DNA of 64,000 bases from Octopus sinensis (Eukaryota), in assembly GCF_006345805.1 (NCBI RefSeq), contig NC_043004.1:93868001-93932000 (forward strand), read 5' to 3'. The notes beneath the pieces were generated by a model that saw only the letters and a program-made list of their open reading frames with translations, was not told the origin of the DNA and did not search any database. Below are positions 1 through 13,230 of this stretch, one piece after another. Both the position numbers and the translations under genes were made by a program. Within the stretch, counting starts at the first letter, position 1. Every line of letters begins with the position of its first letter.

Positions 1-59
1 CCTCCTTCTCTTACACTCTCCTGCCTTAGAAAAAACTTTTTCTTCATCCATTCCCTTCC

Positions 60-288
60 GGTCATTTCAGAATGTAACTACAAGTGGATTGTTGGTAAAT
101 TTTCCCCGTCTTCCTTTTCTCTTGGACTTTCCTCTGTCTCCTGTTTCTGAAGAGGAGCTTTGCTCCAAACGAAAAACTAACTTTCTTTCCTTCCCTGAGC
201 GTCTGTTAATACATTGCATTTACCACGTCCTCGCGTTGTTGTTTTTCTCCTCCTTGTGTTTATTTTTTGGGGTGGTGGGGATTAATAT

Positions 289-290
<2 letters not shown>
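60..290 (+). mobile_element. Penelope-like terminal repeat fragment (family P1) with decayed hammerhead motif, ending at (TA)n
   Basis: gttt-CTGAAGA-ggagc ttt gctcc-AAAC at 143-177, then TTCCCTGAGCGT..CACGTCCTCGCGTTGTTG..GGATTAA(TA)n. The same tail occurs at 18925-19130 (-) and 62825-62915 (+). PLE assignment is inferred from the motif. Confidence 0.5.
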
Positions 291-341
<51 letters not shown>

Positions 342-609
342 TCAGACCATTATTTAGATAACGATAATATCAAATGGCCAGCATGGAAAAAAACCGTATA
401 GGTAATAATATTATTGATATTTGATAATATAAATATAATTATAATTAAGGGTACGGAAGAAGCACCACCTTGTCTCAGGAATAGCAGTCAAAACTGACTC
501 AAGAACCACGTCATGCGTTCATACTGCACAGGTGAAAAGATAAATGAACAAAGAAATTAGCAAAAAATGAGCGGTTAGCTCCAAATCGACGATTTCAGGC
601 TTAGTAATA

Positions 610-1414
610 CAATAATCCCTCGATTATCGCGGGTGTTACTTTCCCAAAAGCCCCCGATAGTTGAAAATCCGCGAAGTAGAAACAGAACTTTACTGTATAC
701 TTTTTTTATATTTTTATAATTTGTATATATTTAATTTATTACAAATGCAAAATAACACCACAGAGGAATCGATGTTACGTTCCAAAAAAACCTTGCGATA
801 GATGAAAATCCGCGAAGTAGAAACAATACCGCATATTTTTGCATTCCCCACCTTGAGTACTGTTGCCTTCTGTGGGCCCCCCATACGAAACAACTCATTA
901 TGAAAGTAGAAGCACCCCAGAGGTCCATAACAAGAAAGATAGACGGCATGAGAGGCATTGATTATTGTGACCTGGGCTTATACAAATTATGTATGTATTT
1001 ATTTTATTATTTTTATATATTTGAGCTTTTATAAACTCTCCCCCACACTCTTAGGAGTACCCGTGTCTTCTCTTTTTTTCCTTCCGAGTTTCGTTTGCCA
1101 TACAGTATGTGCGATTCTTTGTTTACTCATCTACGGTACACTACATATTTTCTTTTAATATATTTTAATTAATGTGTTATACACAGCAGTACTGTATTGT
1201 ATTTTTATTTATCAATTTATAATTTTTTTAAGCGTGAAAATGCTTATTTTATCACAGAAATAACTAAAATCTAAGAAAATATAAATACCTATCGGCAGCA
1301 GAAACCCGCGATATACTGCGGAATACGCGATATAAATTTACATATGTTAGCATGAAAAGTCCGCGATGTAGTGAGGGCGTGATTAGTGAACCGCGATATG
1401 GCGATTGATTACTG
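610..1414. mobile_element. Tc1/mariner-superfamily Tigger/pogo-type non-autonomous element
   Basis: TA|CAATAATCCCTCGATTATCGCGG at the left and CCGCGATATGGCGATTGATTACTG|TA at the right (imperfect TIRs, TA TSD). Subterminal GAAAATCCGCGAAGTAGAAAC is duplicated (~664 and ~805). Confidence 0.75.
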
Positions 1415-1769
1415 TATAGGCGAAATTATATTTTTTTTTAATTAATCCTGATATTGCAGTGTTGCTAGCAGGTGCTTGTGTGTACGTGTTTCTGTGTATA
1501 TGTATTTCTCTGTGTCTCTACATGTGTGTGTGTGTGTGTACGCGCGTATTCGATCCGACTCCGCCACGTCGCAGCCTATTTTACACAATGAACCCATTAA
1601 TAAGTAGCATTAAAAAAATCTGAAAGCAAAGTGTTTCTTTAAACCACTTAAAGCGTACAGAGAAGGAAGCTGAAGAGAAATCACCAGTTCTCTTCAACTG
1701 AGAACCAACAAGTAAAATTGTTCACACACTTCACTTTTGCACTATGTATTATAAGCGTAGATACACACA

Positions 1770-2270
1770 CACACACACACGCACACACACAATAATACAT
1801 GTATACATGCATATATACATACATACATGCATTACATACATGCATGCATACATACATGCATATATGCACACATACATACGCATACCCTCACACACATCAA
1901 CAAAGCAATGAAAGACTCAACTATCATGATAAATATTGATTTCTTCCATAAAAATACACGTATTTATGTATGTTTGTATGTATGTCCGTATGTATAATAC
2001 GCGCGCGCGCACACACACACACCACACGCACACACACAATAATACATGTATACATGCATATATACATACATACATGCATTACATACATGCATGCATACAT
2101 ACATGCATATATGCACACATACATACGCATACCCTCACACACATCAACAAAGCAATGAAAGACTCAACTATCATGATAAATATTGATTTCTTCCATAAAA
2201 ATACACGTATTTATGTATGTTTGTATGTATGTCCGTATGTATAATACGCGCGCGCGCACACACACACACA
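1770..2270. repeat. Tandem duplication, period 247 bp
   Basis: AATAATACAT at 1791 and 2038; AAAGACTCAA at 1911 and 2158; near-identical units bounded by (CA)n. Confidence 0.9.
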
Positions 2271-2527
2271 CACATATATATATACATATGAATTTTGCTA
2301 ACATAAAAAGAGAAATGTACCAAAATGTATGCATATATCTATGCTAAAAATGTATGCATATGCTAAAAATCTACGCATATATCTAAACTAAAAACGTGTG
2401 TGTGTGTGTGTATGTGTGTGTGTCTGTGTTTGTGTTTGTTTGTGCGTGTGACTGTTGATTGTGTGTGTATGTATGTCTTAGTATGTATGTCATTGCGAGT
2501 TACACCCATTTGTTTCTCTGTGTATGT

Positions 2528-2589
<62 letters not shown>

Positions 2590-3087
2590 GATTGATTGAT
2601 TGATTCTAGTTTCAGCTCACGAGCTGTGGCCATGCTGGGGCACCGCCATTTATATATATATATAAACACAAAGTGTAGAGGCATTAAGTAATTTAAAGGT
2701 AACAAGGGAGAAGAGAATGAAGAAGAGATTGGTGGTGGTGGTGGAGGTGGTGGTGGTGGTGGTGGTGGTGGTGGTGGTGGAAGCAAGAAATTGCAAACGA
2801 GAAAGACAAAAACAAAAACAAAAAAAATGACAGATTGATAGATAATAAAAGAAAGTAATAATTAAAAAAAATGGGAACAGAAGAAAATGGAAAAAAAAAG
2901 CAAGAACTATTATTTTTATGCGTATCTTATACCAAATATAATTTAATCCTAAAATTCCTTAAAGAAGCACGGTAAGATATCAACTAGCTTACAAGACATA
3001 ATCATCTCTGACATATACATCTTATGCGAGATTTTCGTTGAGAAATCTCTTTATTAGCTTGACTTAAACATTGCCGTAGCTTGTTCT

Positions 3088-3132
<45 letters not shown>

Positions 3133-3361
3133 CGTTCCTGGTTCAGTTAACAGGTTTCCGACATAAATCGACATGGCATTCGAATATTTTGCTCTGAATT
3201 GTGGAATACGTCATTCTATTATTCAGTTTCAATTACAAGTAACAGATATGAAGCCGAGGGATGACTACAGAACGTACCTTAGTACCATGTACTATAATAA
3301 GGGAGCGCACCAGCCTTTCTGTGTGTATCTACCCTATTTTACACACTCTATTGGTGGATAT

Positions 3362-3670
3362 GTGGAGGCGCAATGGCCCAGTGGTTAGGGCAGCGGACTC
3401 GCGGTCGAAGGATCGCGGTTTCGATTCTCAGACCGAGCGTGTGTGTTTATTGAGCGAAAACACCTCAAAGTTCCACGAGGCTCCGGCAGGGGGTGGTGGC
3501 AACCCCTGTTGTACTCTTTCGCCACAACTTCCTCTCGCTCTCTCTTCCAGTTTCTTGAGTAACGCTGCGATGGACTGGCGTCCCGTCCAGCTGGGAGGAA
3601 CACATACGCAACAGAAACCGGGAAACCGGGCCCATGAGCCTGGTTACGCTTGAAAATGGTGACGAACGAA
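3362..3670 (+). mobile_element. SINE A, full length, tail type A1 (GCGATGGACTGGCGTCCCGTCCAG..GAAACCGGG)
   Basis: tRNA-like head with A box TGGCCCAGTGG and B-box-like GTTTCGATTC; 12-bp TSD ATTGGTGGATAT at 3350-3361 and 3671-3682. Confidence 0.9.
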
Positions 3671-4033
3671 ATTGGTGGATATCACACGAAGTGACATATA
3701 CATACATTATATACCCACGCACTAATGACAATAGCCAACATACAAGTATTTCAGAGTTTAATTAATATTTTCTGCAACATACTGGCATAATATACACAAG
3801 TAATATACGAAACTATGCCGTATATATGCATTTATTTCCATATTTTGAATGTAAGCTCAGACAGTACACCAATTTCTGTTTTCCTTTCTCCACACACACA
3901 CACACACACACACTCACATAGACACGTAGGAAGCCGCGTATTGTTGGAAGCAATTAAGTCGATATTAAAAAAAAATTGCGAACAATCTAAGTATGCTTTA
4001 ATGCACCTATTTGTGACTTCTTGCATCCATACG

Positions 4034-4076
<43 letters not shown>

Positions 4077-4191
4077 ACACACAGAGGTGTATATTCTTTC
4101 TATTATACATACATTTGTAAAGAAATATATATTAAAAAGTAAAGAAATATATTATACATACATACATACATACATACATACATACATACAC

Positions 4192-4226
<35 letters not shown>

Positions 4227-4861
4227 AATGTACCAGTAGCATCAGCCACATGAACCAACTTAAAATACGAGGAAGACCTTACCAGACAACGATAACAACA
4301 AAATTTCTTTAAATTACACCCGAGTATTTTAGAAGAAGACACTTGGCTAATCTGATCCTAGATTACCATACAGCCACTCCTACGCCTATGTGGAATATTT
4401 GAACTAATAATTTAGCTATTTTATTATTTCTTAATTTAAGATGTAATTGGAAGTGCGTACCAAAAAATTTGGAATACATCGTAAAAATGCCGGATTAAGC
4501 GCACAAAATAGGATATTATGTCTAAGTGATCGATTAACACGAAGAGGCGTCCTTAATAGTTCGTTGATTGAAATAAATAATGTGCTGACCCAATACACAA
4601 CAATATGGTTCAAAATACTATTAATGCCAACATATATTGATTTATTTTGTTTTGTTCAACAGCTTGCACGTAGGACATGCTTAAAATTATTTGTATTGAG
4701 TAACCTAGATTTGAGCACTGATTGAAATGTTGTTTTTGAGTAGCGCTTCTAGGATAAATTAGTAAAATATTACTAATCCCTATCTAAATTTAACGCCAGA
4801 GGGGATTTAAAATTGGAAATTGCAAGGATAAAGGAACATTCCTTAATTATTCAAACATTCA

Positions 4862-5070
4862 GGGTGAACAGCTTGCATAATCGTTAGCACACTGGATAAA
4901 ATGCTTATCTTCTGGCGTTACGTTCTGAATTCAAATTCTGCCAAGGCCGACTTTACCATTCATCTTTTTAGGATCGATAAACTAAGTGCCAGTCCAGTAC
5001 TGGAGTTGGTGTTATCGACTAACCTCCTTCCACCAAATTCCAGGCTTTGTGCTTATTTTAGAAAGATCAG
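4862..5070 (+). mobile_element. SINE B, degraded
   Basis: AATCGTTAGCAC..CGTTCTGAATTCAAATTCTGCC..GATCGATAAA, matching the other B copies. Confidence 0.6.
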
Positions 5071-5489
5071 AAAGAATTATACGAACACTTACTGCTTGTA
5101 GTGATGTGTAACTATTTCACGGTACACAATGCTGGAGGCAAGATACCTGAATTTTGTAACACAGTTTCAATTTCCCATGTAGCCATTTCACTTCCAATCT
5201 TCGTAATTCTTTTGAAATAGTTTATAGTCTATAAGCTAAACAGTTTGAGACAACGGTGGATGCGATGTCATCCGACTTTAATTAACAGCCATATCAACAT
5301 TGATCTAATCAACATTACCTCGGAATCGCCATCGCTGTCATACCATAGAAAAAACGCGAACGGGATTTCTCAATTTGCTAGAAGGAATATTATCTTAAGT
5401 AATCGCGTGTTCCCACCCTCCCCACCACCACCACCGAATCTTTTGATTTGTGATTCAGGCTCAAGACTAACAGTTTCAGAGAGGGGGGT

Positions 5490-5660
5490 AAGTTGATACC
5501 ATCGATCCCAGTGCTTGACTGATATTTTATCTTATTGACCCCGGAAGTACGAATGACAATGTTGACCACGGTTGGACTTAAACTCAGAACGTAAAGAGCC
5601 GGAACAAATAGTACAGAGCGTGCTTGATTCTTTTCGATGCTCTAACGATTTTGCCAATCC
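5490..5660 (-). mobile_element. SINE B, degraded
   Basis: CATCGATCCCAGT..GACCCCGGAAG..AACTCAGAACGTAAAG..GCTCTAACGATTTTGCCA. Confidence 0.55.
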
Positions 5661-5976
5661 AATGCTCAAGATATGCTGTACCATATAAAAATAATAAGTA
5701 TTGGACAACGTATCCTATTCATACTATGGCTGAAATAAATAGGGATAGTCACGGCAAGAGCACTTTTGATCATAGGTTTGCTTAACCAGAGTTGGTCTGT
5801 GACTAAAAAATAACAATTAGGAATTCCCAAGATCTAGAAATACCTGCCAAGTCTTACACAAGTCCTACCCTATTGTCTTAAAAAAGGTGGCATTAGTTAA
5901 TGTAGTCCTGGAAGCATTTAAATTGGGAAAAAACTGGAAGGTCATGATTTGAACACCTTTGATCATATGGTCTACG

Positions 5977-6265
5977 TCGTAGACCATATGGTTCCCAAAC
6001 ATTTTCGGATTGCCACCCCCTTGGCACCCAGGCGACATTCCTAGCCACGACTATTACCATCACCACCACAAACAGACCACTGTCTGCAACAAAATTCAAA
6101 ACAGCTGTATTTCACGAATAAAACTTAACCTAATTAATCTATTATTTTGTTATTTTTGCATTCCTTTTTGTCACCCCATTATTGTTCCACTTTTCTTAAA
6201 TGCCACCCCTCCCGCCTTCAAAATGGGTGGTAGTGCCACCCATTTTGGGAACCACCGGTCTACGA
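5977..6265. mobile_element. hAT/Charlie-like MITE
   Basis: Inverted ends TCGTAGAC-CATATGGTTCCCAAA and TTTGGGAACCACCG-GTCTACGA resemble Charlie-type CAGTGGTTCCCAA TIRs; no clean direct TSD. Confidence 0.5.
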
Positions 6266-7535
6266 GATCAGAACTGATCTATGACCAAACAAGAACAGGA
6301 AAATCAGCCAAAGTACCAGCATCAGCTACATTTAGAGCGATTGAGTTTTCACCGAGTTGAATTACATCAGACATACCTCACGATGATAAAGTTACCGGAT
6401 GTACTTTTTTTAACAACCCCATCACTAAATGTTACAGGAAATACGAAATACATATTTATTCCAGAATTATAGAAATGTCTAGTTCTCGCTATATTTCATA
6501 TCTTTCAATGCTGAATTCTCCAACAAATGCTTTTCTGTGGTATCTAATACGAGGAAGAATGTCTATTCATAGACAGCGATTTTGTTTTATATAATCTTTA
6601 ACGTGTTGAGAGAAAGGTATTTGTTAAGAGCAGTTTGCTTACAACCGATGGTTCGCTTAATTCATCATCTCCTAAAACCTCGAAATTAGCCACAACTATA
6701 CATAGCCAAAACCTTCATAAAGCAGGAATTTTGTTTCTCATATACATACCTTTCTGTGCGGCATCCACCCACTCAACGGTTGTTTATTCATTAGTATTAT
6801 GTCTTGAACTTTTGAATCTTGTCTGTCGATATGCTTATTATATATGTTTATAGAGTCGTGGTGAGGGTTCAGGTTATTTTTATTAAGGGTGTTGCACTTT
6901 ATTTTATCTACGTTCCTTCTACAATTGATTTAGCTATAACTACTTTCAACAGCTTTGGGTTGTTTAGGTTTAACATTCCTAATATACTTTCTCGTCATCG
7001 CTTCTCTCGACCTTTAACAATTTCTTCAGCTCACACTGCCATTTTTTCCTCTTTTTCTTTCTCTCTTGTTTTCTCCCACACATCTCTCTCTCTCTCTGTG
7101 CCGTGCGCGCGCATCCCCACTCACTCCAATACAAACACATAAATACCAATACAGCCCACATACTGCGGTTATCGTTAAAATAACATCCACTTGTTAACAA
7201 CTATCGCTCCAACTTACACATTGTCAGATAAAATAGTATTACAACACTTCTGTGCATTAGGTTTATGACCATAAACTCATTCGGAAGACCTAATTTGACG
7301 TGTGAAATTCCAATGAATTCCAAAAACTGTGATCGGCTGAAAATTCTGTCACCTCTGATTTTTTTTCTTTCTTTTTGCTTTCTTCATATTCTGGAATGAG
7401 AAAATACATGCATTACCACACAAGCTCGAAACCTCGTCAAAGGGAGGCGTGGGGTGGGTGGAAATTAGCATAAGTTATTGCCAGGAATGTAGCACAAGGG
7501 AACTCAGTGACTTTTTTTTGATAACGCGACAATGC

Positions 7536-7592
<57 letters not shown>

Positions 7593-7636
7593 TAATAATA
7601 ATAATAATAATATTAATAATAATAAATAATAATAAC

Positions 7637-7705
<69 letters not shown>

Positions 7706-7775
7706 TAATAATAATATTAATAATAATAATAATAACAATAACAATAATAATAATAATAATAATAATAATATTAAT

Positions 7776-7831
<56 letters not shown>

Positions 7832-7848
7832 CAACAATAATAATAATG

Positions 7849-7901
<53 letters not shown>

Positions 7902-7902
7902 G

Positions 7903-7932
<30 letters not shown>
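7536..7932. repeat. (AAT)n/(GAT)n microsatellite
   Basis: Visible directly; source of the poly-I/L/Y ORFs. Confidence 0.95.
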
Positions 7933-7933
<1 letters not shown>

Positions 7934-8334
7934 AATTGCAACAGTCAATTTCAGAAACACGAAACAATACACACATTGAAATCCCAAGGCTTGAGCCTTG
8001 ACACACAGATCTCGACTGTGGATGAAATATGAAAGAGGAAGGCATATTGTTATTAATATTAATTTTGTTATTAATACTCAACTTTCTCAAAATACAGTAA
8101 ACAGCAAAATCTATGTCACTAATGGTATTTATACTTGAAGAAAGTAGAGAGGAAAACAGATCCTCGAGTTGTTTCAATTTTGTCCACAATACTTTGTCTT
8201 TCATTATAACCAATAAGTAGGTCGGAAAAGAATTACAAGACCGGTTGTATGCGAGCTAAAGGTTTCCGGAAATTACTCATAATCCAAGATGGATCATTTC
8301 TTCAGAGAAGATTTATTAATATTTAGTTAGAAGA

Positions 8335-8935
8335 GGGCGGCGAGCTGGCAGAATCGTTAGCACGCCGGGCGAGATGCTTAGCAGTATTTCGTCTGCCGCT
8401 ACGTTCTGAGTTCAAATTCCGCCGGGGTCGACATTGCCTTTCATCCTTTCGGGGTCGATTAAATAAGTACCAGTTACGCACTGGGGTCGATGTAATCGAC
8501 TTAATCCGTTTGTCTGTCCTTGTTTGTCCCCTCTGTGTTTAGCCCCTTGTGGGTAGTAAAGAAATAGGTATTCTGTCCGTCTTCACGTCCTGAGTTCAAG
8601 TTCCACTGAGGTCGACTTTATCTTTCATTCTGCGGGGTCGATAAATAAGTACCAGTTGATTACTGGGATCGATGTAATTTACTTACCCTCCTTCCTAGAA
8701 ATTTCTGGCCTTGTGCCAAAATTCGAAACCGTAAAGGCGGCGAGCTGGCAGAATTGTTAGCTCGCAGGACAAAATGCTTAGCAACATTTCGTCTGTCTCA
8801 CGTTCTGAGTTCAAATGCTGTCGAGGTTGACATTGCATTTCCGGGCAGATGAAATAAGCACCAGTTGATTACTGGGGTCGATATAATCGACTTACGCCCT
8901 CCCTCGACATTTGTTAGCCAAAATTTGAAACCAAT
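8335..8935 (+). mobile_element. Three tandem SINE B copies (B1 tail 8335-8570; headless B2 8571-8730; B2 8733-8935)
   Basis: Repeated CGTTCTGAGTTCAAA..GGTCGAC..GGGGTCGAT..AAGTACCAGTT. B1 tail is GTTTAGCCCCTTGTGGGTAGTAAAGAAATA; B2 tail is GGCCTTGTGCCAAAATT. Confidence 0.9.
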
Positions 8936-9521
8936 CTTTAGTTAGAAGACCCCAAGAATGTCGTCCCGCCAATAATACTCCATTGAACATTTGCAGGATG
9001 CAAGGCTTAATTATGTAACTGTTCAACTGGAAGAAGACATTGAGGATAAGTTGATATTCCATGGGCAAGCATCTCTACTCATCTTATTGTTTTCTCGGAA
9101 CCACAGTTCGACCGATTGTAGGAAATTGTCTTTTCTCTATAGAAGCAATTAATTAACTGTTGAAGTCCATACCAACATACTAACAATATGGAAGCACTCC
9201 GTCAGTTACCTGCGATGCGCTTAATTTTAGATACTGCATTATGCTCAGGAGAATCAAGTGAAAATCTGACATCAGTTCAAGGACCGATTTGTTGGGGAAA
9301 ACGGTTATGCTTTCCTACTGATTATTTGACTCCCGAAAAGATGAAAAGCAAAGTCGATCACGGTTTGAACTCACAACGCAAAAGGGTCGTAAAGCTACTT
9401 ATTCTTTCTACGATAGGAACAAGCCTGAAACTTTTTTGCGCAGGGTGGCCAGTCGATTACATCTGCTTAGTACTTGATTGACACTCTTCGACAGAATTCG
9501 AACTCTATATGTAAAGCCGCT

Positions 9522-9745
9522 AACCTATTTCTTTACTACCCACAAGGGGCTAAACACAGAAAGGACAAACAAAGACAGACAAACGGATTAAGTCGATTAC
9601 ATCGACCTCAGTGCGTAACTGCTACTTAATTTATCGACCCCGAAAGGATGAGAGGCAAAGTCGACCTCGGCGGAATTTGAACTCAGAACGTAACCGGCAG
9701 ACGAAATACGGCTACGCGTTTCGCCCGGCGTGCTAACGATTCTTT
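9522..9745 (-). mobile_element. SINE B1
   Basis: Near-exact reverse complement of 8335-8570. Confidence 0.9.
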
Positions 9746-10058
9746 GCATAGCGTGTTAAAAATTCTGCCACTTCGACGCCTTAGAGTCATTTACAAGTTA
9801 TAATAAATTAAAGTTTTTATTATTTTTTTTGTCACGTTTTTCATAATTCAAACGACGAGGAAACATGACCAAGTGAAAAGAGAAAAGGGAAGATAGTGAA
9901 AAGGATGGACTGAGAACGTAAAAGACCAGATACAAAATCTAGTCTATAATAATCAAACGTCTTGTTGATCAAATCACACACGAAATTAAGAGAGGATGGG
10001 AAATAGAACAACAAAACAGAAAACATCATTCTCCATGATATTGAGAAGTAAATCTCAA

Positions 10059-10124
<66 letters not shown>

Positions 10125-10471
10125 TTATGTATGTATGTATGTATGTATGTATGTATATATATATTCACTATCAATTGTCAAGTTGTTTATTTATAGACAA
10201 CTCCTTTGTCTATGTCAGTATGTTTACATTTACATGTCAGTATGTGTGTTATAGTCTCCGAGTATATGTGAATATATGTATACGCGTGACAGGCACGTAT
10301 GCACGCACACACACACAAACACACACACACGCACACGCACACACACACACACATACACATAGACACACCAACATACACGCACACATATCTAAGACGAGGC
10401 AGCCATTTATTTGTTTATAGTTATACAAGAAGTCATTTGAAATCTGATATGAAACACCGGATAAGAAATTA

Positions 10472-10473
<2 letters not shown>

Positions 10474-10537
<64 letters not shown>

Positions 10538-10561
10538 CGTGTGTGTGTCTATTGATACATG

Positions 10562-10642
<81 letters not shown>

Positions 10643-10651
10643 GTATGTATG

Positions 10652-10688
<37 letters not shown>

Positions 10689-10719
10689 GTGTGTTGTGTG
10701 TGTGTGTGTGTGTGTTGTG

Positions 10720-10750
<31 letters not shown>

Positions 10751-10805
10751 GTGTGTGTGTGTGTGTGTGCGTGTGTGTGTGTGTGTATGTATGTACGTAT
10801 GTATG
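10474..10805. repeat. Compound (GT)n-(TA)n-(GT)n microsatellite
   Basis: Visible directly. Confidence 0.95.
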
Positions 10806-11084
10806 TTTAAAGCTTCTGAAACAGGTTTACTTGCACTAGTCGGTAAGTGGGTTGGGTGTTGCGAAATATGAGTGCCAACCCCCTTCAGTAATCTTCATCA
10901 TTAAGTGATCCTTGCTTCAAGGAGAAGATTTCATCAAAAACCCTATTGTTTTGGGGGAATTTCTTATTTTGTTTTGTTATTGAAAGTTTGGGACGATCTT
11001 CTTTTTAGTATATTTTTGCAAAGACTAAACGGAAACCACGATGAATCTTGTCCTTCATCACTTTTCATCTTTTGTACTTGTTTA

Positions 11085-11099
11085 TTATTACTATTATTA

Positions 11100-11149
<50 letters not shown>

Positions 11150-11174
11150 CATCATCATCATCATCATCATCATA

Positions 11175-11226
<52 letters not shown>

Positions 11227-11360
11227 TATTATTATCATTATCATAACCATCATCATTATCATCATCATCATTATTATTACTATCATTATTATTATTATCA
11301 TCATTATTATTATTATTACTATTATTATTATCATCATCATCATCATCATCATTATTATTA
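11085..11360. repeat. (ATT)n/(ATC)n microsatellite
   Basis: Visible directly. Confidence 0.95.
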
Positions 11361-11489
11361 GAGAGACAGTCTTGCATCAAATATTGAACACTGCGTAGGG
11401 TACCACTGAGTGGGAACAGAAGTGAGCGTGTGACATTACATTGACTAACAGACCTAAAATACTGCACAGAAAGTCAACAAACACATATA

Positions 11490-12347
11490 TAATGATAAAG
11501 GAAATTGTTGTATACAGTGCTCAGGTGCACTACAACTAAAAAGAAAAACAATGTCCATCAGGTGTACTGTTGGCGGATTTCAGGATACATGGAAGTTTTG
11601 AAGGATGTAGTGTCTTGACAGCTAACAACTGTTGTGGGTGGTTTATTCCATGCTTCTGCAATTCTGAGCATGAAAAATTGTTTCCGAAAGTCATGGGTGC
11701 TGTGTTGTTTTTTGATTTTATAAGCATGTCCGTGAGTGTTTGTCATATGGAATTCAAAAAGGTACCCAAGGTTGTTGTTGGAAATATGGTAGATAATCTT
11801 GTGGGTGTCAATCAAGTCAGTTGCCAGACGTCTGGGCTTCAATGCATCCATGCCCAGGAATGCAAGACGTTCAGAGTATGGTAGATGTCTGACAGTAGGT
11901 ATTCGCTTTGTTGCACATTTCTGAACAGTTTCCAGGAGATTTATATGCTGAGCAAGAGAGGGGTTCCAGACTGGTGATGCAAATTCCAAGTGTGGACATA
12001 CCATTGTTGTATACAATTTTAAGTAGATAACTGGAGAGTGGCTGACAAAGGTCTTACTGGGTGATGCTAGCACCACCTCAGCCTTTTTGACAATCTTAGA
12101 TATGTGGTTTGTCCAGTGCAGATTGTTGTTTACAATAATACCCAGAACATTCCACAAGAAGACTTCTTGAGATTGGTGTTGCTGAAGGATTATGAAAAAG
12201 CTGGATTTTTCCTCCCTAAATGTCTACAGCTAGCTTGAGTTGCTAGTCAGAGGTCCACTGCTGCAGTGTATCCAAATCTGATTGCAGGAAAGTATATGTT
12301 CTTTTTATTTCAAGGTATAGCTTGGTATCACATGCATATTTCAACAC
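11490..12347 (-). mobile_element. 5'-truncated CR1-clade LINE (RT C-terminal half plus 3' UTR), decayed
   Basis: YACD (YADD equivalent) at 12327-12338 followed by LQSDLDTLQQW. ORF 11558-12157 has CPHLEFASPVWNP, LLETVQKCATK, RRLATDLI, THGHAYKI and RIAEAWNKPP, all typical CR1 RT motifs; a frameshift separates the two parts. Confidence 0.85.
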
Positions 12348-12349
12348 TA

Positions 12350-13230
12350 AACTTTCAAGGAAGTTTTCGACTAAATTTCCTGAAACTTTCCAGGAAGTTT
12401 TCGACCAAATATACCGAAATTTAGAAAATATCCTCGGAACTTTCCATGAAATCATCGGAACTTTACAGGAAGTTTCCGACCAATTTTCCAGGAAGCTAGG
12501 AAATCCTCGGAACCTTCCAGGAAGTTTTCGACTCAATTTCCAGGAAGTTGGGACACGCTTGGAACTTTCCATGAAACCACCGGAACTTTCAAGGGAGTTT
12601 CTTACCAATTTTCCAGGAAGTTAGGAAATCCTCGGAAACTTCCAGAAAGTTTTCGACTCAATTTCCAGGAAGTTGGGATACGCTTGGAACTTTCCATGAA
12701 ACCACCGGAACTTTCAAGGGAGTTTCTTACCAATTTTCCAGGAAGTTAGGAAATCCTCGGAAATTTCCATGAAATTACCGGGGCTTTCCAGGAAGTTTTC
12801 TACCAAATTTCCAGGAAGTTAAGAAATCCGGGGAACTTTCCATAAAACCTCGGAATTTTCCAGGAAGTTTCCGACCAATTTTCTAGGAAGCTAGAAAATC
12901 CTCGAAACTTTCCATGAAATCATCGGAACTTTCCAGGAAGTTTCCGACCAATTTACCAGGAAGTTAGGGAATCCTTGGAAATTTCCATGAAATCCACGGA
13001 ACTTTCCAGGAAATTTTCGACCAAATTACTGCTTAAATTTAAATATTCTTACTCATTTGAAGGGTTACAAGGAATGTTCACTGGTAAAATACCTTCAGTT
13101 AAATTTTCTAACTTCCCGGAAGTTAGAAAATCTTCGGAACTTCTAGGAAGTTTTCGACCAAATTTCCCGGAAGTTAGAAAATCCTCGGAACTTTCCAGGA
13201 AGTTTTCGACCAAATTCCCCGGAAGTTAGA
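12350..13230. repeat. Minisatellite, ~52-bp unit (GGAACTTTCCAGGAAGTTTTCGACCAAATTTCCAGGAAGTTAGGAAATCCTC) with 21-bp subunit and ~128-bp higher-order duplication
   Basis: Visible directly; ~12520-12637 is repeated at ~12648-12763. Confidence 0.9.

Noticed and set aside
3364-3435. tRNA-like sequences at SINE heads (also 17000, 30550, 32800, 57059)
   Set aside because: A and B boxes are present, but no canonical cloverleaf or acceptor stem, and each continues into a SINE body, most with TSDs.
7437-8213. 258-aa poly-I/Y/L ORF
   Set aside because: (AAT)n translation.
8998-9150. Possible exon after TTTGCAG (DARLNYVTVQLEEDIEDK..)
   Set aside because: No convincing GT donor and no recognisable protein.
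12243-13229. ORFs with repeated KFSTKFPGS/LSRK peptides
   Set aside because: Satellite translation; the only real coding signal is the CR1 RT piece at the end of 12243-12608.
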